Shown here one piece after another: positions 56,101-64,000 of a stretch of DNA of 64,000 bases. The first letter of the stretch is position 1. Each line of letters starts with the position of its first letter. The translations under genes and the position numbers were made by a program. Source of the DNA: Eledone cirrhosa (Eukaryota); assembly GCA_964016885.1 (NCBI GenBank), contig OZ024743.1, positions 97,154,001 through 97,218,000 on the forward strand, read 5' to 3'. The notes under the pieces are model-generated. The model worked only from the letters and a program-made list of their open reading frames with translations, ran no database searches and had not been told where the DNA came from.

Positions 56101-58224
56101 GGGTGGGGGGTGGGGGGTGGGGGAACAAGAAACTAGACACTCGAAGGTCCCGGGGAATACGGGATGGGTGGGCTAGGAGAGAAGCGAAAATTGACGGGGT
56201 TAGAAACGAAGGTTCGGACGCAATTAAGGATACAGATTTGCCGGAGTGGGGAGAGGGGCTGCGTGGGTGTGTTTGTACGTATAACGTACACATATGTACA
56301 TATATGTGTGTGAGTGTATATATGTATGTGTGTGAGTGTTGCAAACGAAAGAAAAAAAAATCACTCTCTTCGTATTGAAGAGTATAATTATTTATTCATA
56401 TGCAGTAAATACTTCATTTCGTGGTTACTCAGGGATTCCCGCTCTTTGTGTTAGTTCAGACTAAATATAATAAAATATTTAAATGGCATTAAGACAAGAT
56501 GTTTCAGATATCAATTCCGTTTGTCATCTCAGACGTTGTAGTCTTAATGATGTGGTCCTAGCATACGATCTGTGGGTTATATACTATAGTTTCACATCGA
56601 GGAAAACACTAATTTATTGATTTACCTATAAAGTTAAATCACTTTAAATGTATATGTTACAGAGACGAGATAACACTACACATATTTTCATTGTTAAATT
56701 TGGGGAAATAATTATCCCGTTTGAATTTTAAATGGATTCAACAGAGACGAGTTTTGAAATATGTTAAGATACGGTAAATGTTTCTTCTCACCTATTCATG
56801 ACGTTACCTGGACTGGCTTTATTTCTACATTTCCGCGGTACATATAGCGCACTTTATGACACAACTATCGAATATTCCATTCTATAGTAATATCATTGAC
56901 ACCTCTATTGACACTATCCTGAATTTCAATGTGATTATCGAATTGCGTAAGGAAGTGACAGACCTGTCAACTGTATCCGTCCCACGGGGTTATCTCTCAT
57001 CCACTTAAGGCAGGGTGAACGATGTTTTCTCTTGTGAAAATTGGTATAGCTTTCATTATGTAAAATCACCCTATTTTGCCTAATTTCTATCCGTTTTGGA
57101 GCACTTTTTTTCATGGTACTTCGCCTTTGGATTTTAGTGGTCGGCAGGAATGAAGTGAATTCAGCTGTAGATTGAGATAGTCTGCCAGCCTATAACATCT
57201 TGGTTTCAGCGCTTTAGCTCAACATAATTCTATTCAAGTCTACAGCTCTTACGTAGTCTATTAACCGTTTTGGTTATAAATAGGAAATATTACCGTTCTT
57301 GCTTGTTCATTATTATATTTAATTACTCGGACAATGCCTCTTGATTGAAACTCACGATTTTTATTATTTATGAGTCGGTGTAGGACGGTCGATTGGCAGT
57401 ATCGTTAGAGCGTCGGTCGACATGCTTTGCAGCATACTGTTCAAATCAAGCCGAGGTTAACTTTGCCTTTCATCCTTACGGGGTCGATAAAATAAAGTAC
57501 CAGTAATGCACTGAGGTCGATTTAATCGACTTCCCCCTCCCCCAAATTGCTGGCCTTGTGCCTATATAAGAAACCATTATTTGAGTCGGTGGGAATTTTA
57601 ATTTTAATTAGTACAGGTGAGTCACTTTACTCTCTTTCAATATGTTAGATATAGTAGCCGCATTTCTCTCAATTTACATACCTTCATCCTAAGAAAATAC
57701 AGAATTGTCACCGCTGTAACGTCTTTTATCAGAGGTCTACACAGTCAGAGCTGACTTTGAGCTAAACACCAATATCACCGTCGATCTTCCCGTGGGATTT
57801 CCACTACCGTTATCCTGTTTCTCGGCTGTAGCCTCGTAGAAAGTAATATTAGATAGCTCATAATACAAAGTATCCAACATGGCGCTGCACAGATGACCTC
57901 AGTCATGTCTGTCTTTATAAGAAGAAAAGAAGAAACGTTGCGCACGTTAAAAATGTAATAATAATCTTGAAATAGAATTTAATATAATTTTAAAAGAAAA
58001 TAAATGAGTTTAATAAATTCTGAAAACGAAGGAATTTTTTTAACGTCGATTTTTATTGAAAATGAAAAAAAGAAAGGGGCGGGGGATTCTTTTTATTATT
58101 ATTTTAGAAAAATTTTCATTAAAAGAAATATTTGAAAAAAAAATTAATTATATCATATTCAAATAACTTTACAATATTTTTCTAATAAAAGTGGAGCGAT
58201 TGGAGAATCCGTAGAATGTTGGAT

Positions 58225-58600
58225 AAATTATCTTGCTGTATTTAGTAGAGTCCTTCAAAGCTCCGAGATCAAACTATCTTGTTATATTTAATAAAGTCCT
58301 TCAAAGCTCCGAGACAAACTATCTTGTTATATTTAGTAAAGTCCTTCAAAGCTCCGAGATCAAATTATCTTGCTGTATTTAGTAAAGTCCTTCAAAGCTG
58401 CGAGACAAACTATCTTGCTGTATTTAGTAAAGTCCTTCAAAGCTGCGAGACAAACTATCAACTATCTTGTTATCTTTAATGGAGTCCTTCAAAGCCCTGA
58501 GGTCAAATCATCTTGATGTATTTAGTATAGCCTTTCAAAGCTCCGAGATCAAACTATCTTGCTATATTTAGTAGAGTCCTTCAAAGCTCCGAGATCAAAC
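58225..58600. repeat. About 45-bp minisatellite x8
   Basis: AAACTATCTTGCTGTATTTAGTAAAGTCCTTCAAAGCTCCGAGATC units. Confidence 0.92.
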
Positions 58601-58986
58601 GCTTCCATTTGATTAATAAAATAAACACCTAACAAATACTGAATCAATTAAACGATATCCAATGCACCTCTCTGAGAAATTGCATGACATTTAGAAATCA
58701 ATACAATTGTTGCACGAGAAAATAAGAAACAGAGAAACGATTGAGGTAACGATTTCAATGTCACTGAACTTCATACGGGATGTTACTGTACTTGAAAAAT
58801 ATATATCTGTTACACCAGGCATATATATAATTGTTCCTACTTTGAAATAATTGTTTCTACTTTGGGCACAAGGCCAGCAATTTGTAGAGAAGGGGAAAAG
58901 TCGATTAAATCCAGCCCAGTGCATTATGGAACTAAATTATATCAACCGTGGATGAATGGCAAAACTAACCTCGACAAGATTTGAAC

Positions 58987-59039
<53 letters not shown>

Positions 59040-59152
59040 TTGAAAAAAATGAAAACGAAATTTCATTTCTCACTCTTAGTATGGCACTTACTTAAATGTA
59101 AGTATGTATGTATACGTACATACATATATGTATACAGACGTACAGTAGCATG

Positions 59153-59288
<136 letters not shown>

Positions 59289-59594
59289 TACATACAGGTA
59301 CACATACATATATGCACGCATCAGTTTAGCGGACGCTTATTATAACGCCGCTTTGTTCGTTTGTAAACAAACTGAACAGCCTGAATTTATGCCATGCGGT
59401 GTTAAGGCAACCACGCCACCTTTTTGTTCAACACTGACACAGGAACGATGTACTAGTTTCAAGCTTGTTAGCTATCATCAGCACCGTATACCCATCTGCC
59501 AGATAGTTGAACGTTCGAAAGTATATACTTTCCTTATGAAAATTAACGGCTGAGCAGCCTAATTTGCATATTGAGTGAGTTAAATCGGTCAGGC

Positions 59595-59706
<112 letters not shown>

Positions 59707-59731
59707 GGATCTCGGGAATTTTACCTGCCTT

Positions 59732-59804
<73 letters not shown>

Positions 59805-59830
59805 GAATTGGCGCTCTGAAATACCGATAT

Positions 59831-60270
59831 ATATATGAATGTATATATAGTGTATTTTGCAATACACTGTATGCTTAATTAAAAGCATTTCTAAGACCTT
59901 ATTCTATTGTTTTAGAGTAGTGACAGTCTCACTTACTTTAAATTTTTCAGCAAACAGGGGAGATAAAGCTGACAGAGCTATGTTTCGTACTGATTGGTAC
60001 TTATCAAAGCCAACCGCTCTGTATAAACAGTTCCTGATTATTACTAGAAATTCTATGAGAATCAAACATTCGTGATTTTCAGCAAACAGGTGGAGTACTT
60101 GGCTTTGATAACTACCAATCAGTACTAAACAGCTCTGTCAGCTTTATCTCCTCTGTTTGGTGAAAAATTTAAAGTAAGTGAGACTGTCACTACTCTAAAA
60201 CAATAGCATAACGTCTTCGAAATACTTTTAATTAAGCATACAGTGTATTGCAAAATACACTATATATACA

Positions 60271-60280
<10 letters not shown>
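59831..60280. repeat. Fold-back element with about 180-bp arms and a hammerhead in each arm
   Basis: The arms are reverse complements. A single-arm relative is at 17983-18145. Confidence 0.92.
59967..60011 (-). ncRNA. Variant (U3-A8) type-I hammerhead ribozyme
   Basis: Minus strand GGCT-TTGATAA-GTAC(CAATCA)GTAC-GAAAC-ATAGCTCT-GTC-AGCT. A decayed plus-strand twin is at 60101-60143. Confidence 0.8.
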
Positions 60281-60321
<41 letters not shown>

Positions 60322-60322
60322 A

Positions 60323-60381
<59 letters not shown>

Positions 60382-60384
60382 AAA

Positions 60385-60755
60385 TCTCAGTGAGTTTCTT
60401 GGTCAGTGTCCAAGTCTCAGGTCCAACTCCCACACCGATCTCAATCTGTGGCACGCCGCCCAGGCTTTGCTCTTCCTATCAACCACATCATCTTCCGTAT
60501 TCCCAATCTTTGCTCCCAAATACAGGAAGTCCTCAACTAATTCTAGCGGCTTCCCGCCTACATTAGTGACCCTCTCTGGCTTCTCAACATTCTCTACCAG
60601 ATATTTTGTTTTAGTCTCATTCATTCTCAGCCCCACACTCATCCACACAGTCTCAACCTCCTGCATCAAATCTCTGCCTCCTTCATTTTATTTGTCACCA
60701 AAACTATGTCGTCGGCAAATTCAGCATCCGATATCTTTTCCGCCTTAACTCTCCT
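60385..60755 (-). mobile_element. RTEX/RTE-group LINE reverse-transcriptase fragment
   Basis: [48 protein letters not shown]. Confidence 0.85.
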
Positions 60756-60789
60756 GATTTACATATGTATGTGTATGCGTGTGTATATG

Positions 60790-61517
60790 CCTGGGGTGTC
60801 AGGGAGAAGCATATACCTCTGTAGGGGGGGGGGCTTTCATGCGCTTTTCAGGACAGCTCGTCCTGCATTGGGTCCCACCTGACACTCAGCTCTCACCTAT
60901 GGCCCCAAGAAGCTGTAGCATGCGACAGCGACCACAGCCTCGTAAACCGCCTTGGCTGGTCGCACGAGGTTGAGGATAGCCGGACGAGTCTGAATCCCCC
61001 CGGTGAGTTAGATAGGGGATGCCTGCCCCTGCATGCGAAGACTGGACACGGCAGTGTGAGTGGAGGAGGACAACATCGTCCCAACGGTCACGAAGGCGAC
61101 GAGAGCAAGCGGTGTGGAACGCTAGGGCATGGTAAAGGACTACAGACGTCGTGGCCATCTACTGCACCCAAGAAAGTCCCTGGTTGTGACGGTCATCCGT
61201 ACCACCGGATTCTGGCTTCTGCGGCCGAGTGAGTGGGACCGTCACTGTGCACTGGCCCTCCCACTATAAACCTTTCCCGCACAGGTTTCTTCTTTAGCGT
61301 GGACTCACAAAGCCCTGCGGCGATAGGCAAGAGGCGGAGGTAACAGGTGGGGGTAACCTCTGGGAGTTGCTAGTCTGACTCCGGCCTCTTCCCCTGTCCC
61401 AACTGTCCCCGGACCTGCAAATCAAGGAACGTCCTCCACAGCCACCTTCGTGCCCACGGCAGACGGGAACAACAATAAAGAAGATGTCATCATCGTTTAC
61501 GATGGACAACCAAGAAG
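60790..61517 (+). mobile_element. Probable RTE/RTEX 5' UTR fragment
   Basis: GC-rich and shares the AGTGGGA..TGTGCA..CACT.TAAA..GCACAGG motif with the RTE-derived elements at 14185 and 14952. Confidence 0.55.
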
Positions 61518-61956
61518 ATATATATATGTATATGGTATACTAATATATTATTATTTGGATTAAGTATACTCATTTACAGAATTTTTATCTCAATGCAATG
61601 AGAGCCATACAGAGCTGTTATACTAGTCGCGATTTATTAAACATTATAGTTCGCCATATGTAACTAAACACATGAAGTCCATAGAGATGTTGATCCTGAC
61701 GTCGATGAAGGAAATTTACTTGCATCAGATGAGGCTAAATTCAGCTGCTGGCTCCGCATGTGCAAGTGGAAAAATATTTTGAAATATAAAATAACATTCC
61801 GCGTTCAAATTTAACTCTCCTTTATCTTTTATACCACCGAGCGCTTTCGATTCAATTAGCTACAATGGTGCCACATCAAGTCAGTGGTAGAATTGAATAA
61901 ACAACATAAATATATCTATATCTATGTTATATATCTATCTAAAATATATGGAAAAG

Positions 61957-62028
61957 AATAACATTAAGAAAGATGCTGATGTTACATAAATCGATGTATG
62001 TAACATCAGCAACTTTATTAATGTTATT
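61957..62028. repeat. Small fold-back (72 bp)
   Basis: AATAACATTAAGAAAGATGCTGATGTTACATA AATCGATG TATGTAACATCAGCAACTTTATTAATGTTATT. Confidence 0.85.
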
Positions 62029-62419
62029 ATTATACTCAATCTCCATCGTAACTACAAACTCGGAATGTAGTGAGCTTTCTCCTGCTTGCTCCTGTTTTTA
62101 CCAAAAAATCTCTTCTAAAATATATATAATATATTTATTTTAAATATATATAATATATAATACACCCACACATACGCACGTGTGTTATTTTTTCAAAATT
62201 TCTTTTCTGTTCCTTTTTCATCCTATTTTCTACCTTTTCATTTCAACTTTATTTCTCATTCTGCCTATCTTCTAATGAAGGACTCGTGTCCAAAACATAA
62301 AGACTCTTTTCTTACTATATCAATCATTAAACAAATATATTCATTCATTGTACTGTGTTTTTTGCTTTGCTATTTCTGTTTACTTTTTGCACACACACGC
62401 ACACACAGACACAGATACT

Positions 62420-62451
<32 letters not shown>

Positions 62452-62456
62452 AGATA

Positions 62457-62531
<75 letters not shown>

Positions 62532-63218
62532 TATATATAATACAGAAAAAAGCAAGGCTTTTAAATTATTTTTATATATATATATTCATTAGTTAAGCAA
62601 AACAAGACCACAAATTTCACAAGGAAGACATTATTAAAAGATTGTCAACATATTTTAGTTTGATGTAAGGAATGTAGAGAATAATAATAATAATATTAAT
62701 AATAATAATGTCCGTTTACAATTGTTTCGCTACTCCATATAATATTTCTGGATCAAATGATTATAGATCATTATTGATCTGATTCAGTTAAAAATAATTA
62801 ACTTAGGTATAATTAGAGTAGCTCATCTGAACTTCAAAAGGAATATAAATTAAAATAAGGAAAGAATTTTACATGAATGTAATGTTCCATATATTGGTAT
62901 TTCACTATGGTGTCCTGGGTATATCTATTGTCTGCCATAGTCGAGCAGTATTCTTCTGTCGAGGCGGCATTGTGTGAGATCTGCCTATGGGTAACAAGAT
63001 GGCCGCCAATGGACATATTTACCTTACTAATTAGAGGGTGGTTTCAGGGGAAGTAACTCCTCGAGAAATTAGAAATTGTGGGTAGTTTATAGTTAAGAAG
63101 TGCTAATTTTTTAATTTTTTAATGGAGAGAGACAATGTAAGGGAGGTAACTTATAATTATCGAAGTTAGCTATAACTATTTAACTTATTAGCTATAAGTA
63201 AAAATGGGGCTAGATGAC

Positions 63219-64000
63219 TATGTTGGGTCAAATATTCTGTTGGCGAAGGAAATAGCCCTTCGATGTTGACAGCTAATAGTTACCTCTGTTCTATCGTTAA
63301 TCGGTAGAGGTCGTGATAGAGTTATTTAATATGCTTCGGTAAGACAGAGGTCACAAGATTTTCTTCGTCCATTGAACGGTTGGGCCCTAGCCAAGATATC
63401 CCATGTTAGTGAGTGTTCAATGTTGGTTAATTTAAGGTTTTTAATGAGCCTAGCTAGAGATGTCGAACATCTGTTGTTAGGGTCTCGGAAGGAAAAAGAG
63501 TGCGCGTTATAGCGTACCTTAAAAGGGTTAGAGGTAGAGCCAATATAGGAGCTGATATGCGAAGCAGTTTTAACTGTGCACCTATAAACTATATTGGGTG
63601 TCAGGCAATGTCCATTCAGTGGGCATGCATTAGGGTAACGGCAGTTGCAGTTACTGCTGCGGTTAGTGAGAGTAGGGTTGTTTAAACTAAGCGGTTGGTG
63701 TGTGCTAGAAGGATTAGATGGGGGAGGTGTGCTACTAGAGTAAGTATTGGTGTAGTGGCGTGGTGTATTTAATGGGGGTGGTGGTACAGCGGTTTGGGAG
63801 TTATACTGTCTTAGTTTATGATGGTTACTGAATGCGATGTGGCTAGCTAGGTTTGGTGTTGTGGAGAATGAGATTTTAATGTTGTTTTTATTAAAGAGTT
63901 TGTAATATCTATGGTTGGGGGGGGGGGATGTTTAGATAGGATAGAGAAGAAGCGTTTAGGGATATTAGTGGCTAGATTAGATGAGAATGGGGGGTTAATC
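63219..64000 (-). mobile_element. Penelope-like element 3' part with GIY-YIG endonuclease (runs off window)
   Basis: NCNCRYPNACPLNGHCLTPNIVYRCTVKTASHISSYIGSTSNPFKVRYNAH..TSLA..WDILARAQPFNGRRKSCDLCLTEAY*; same subtype as the element at 24920. Confidence 0.88.

Noticed and set aside
62995-63010. YY1-like motif CAAGATGGCCGCC
   Set aside because: A single short motif next to a PLE 3' region with no other promoter evidence.

Overview
Animal (eukaryotic) genomic DNA: AT-rich and dense in (TA)n, (CA)n, (GA)n and (TATG)n microsatellites. The tRNA-derived SINE and overall repeat landscape look like an octopus genome (inference, not verified). I found no confidently intact protein-coding gene; almost all ORFs in the supplied track are microsatellite artefacts. 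Recognisable content: about 19 copies of one tRNA-SINE plus a second SINE family; decayed Penelope-like retroelements (RT and GIY-YIG); R4/Dong, CRE, RTE and RTEX LINE fragments; Tc1/mariner, piggyBac-like and hAT-like MITEs; a Helitron 3' end; a 2.6 kb GGTGGTAT satellite; several minisatellites; and a few possible minus-strand exons. The most striking pattern is about 11 non-coding fold-back (palindromic) elements of 70-1250 bp, mostly unrelated in sequence and mostly next to TA/CA microsatellites. Several carry a minimal type-I hammerhead ribozyme at the inner end of an arm, and in others the arms start at the hammerhead GAAA/helix-III/cleavage-site remnant. A second pattern is a pseudoknot-like motif conserved across three divergent RTE/RTEX-type 5' UTRs. 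All structures were read by eye, and coordinates of decayed elements are approximate.
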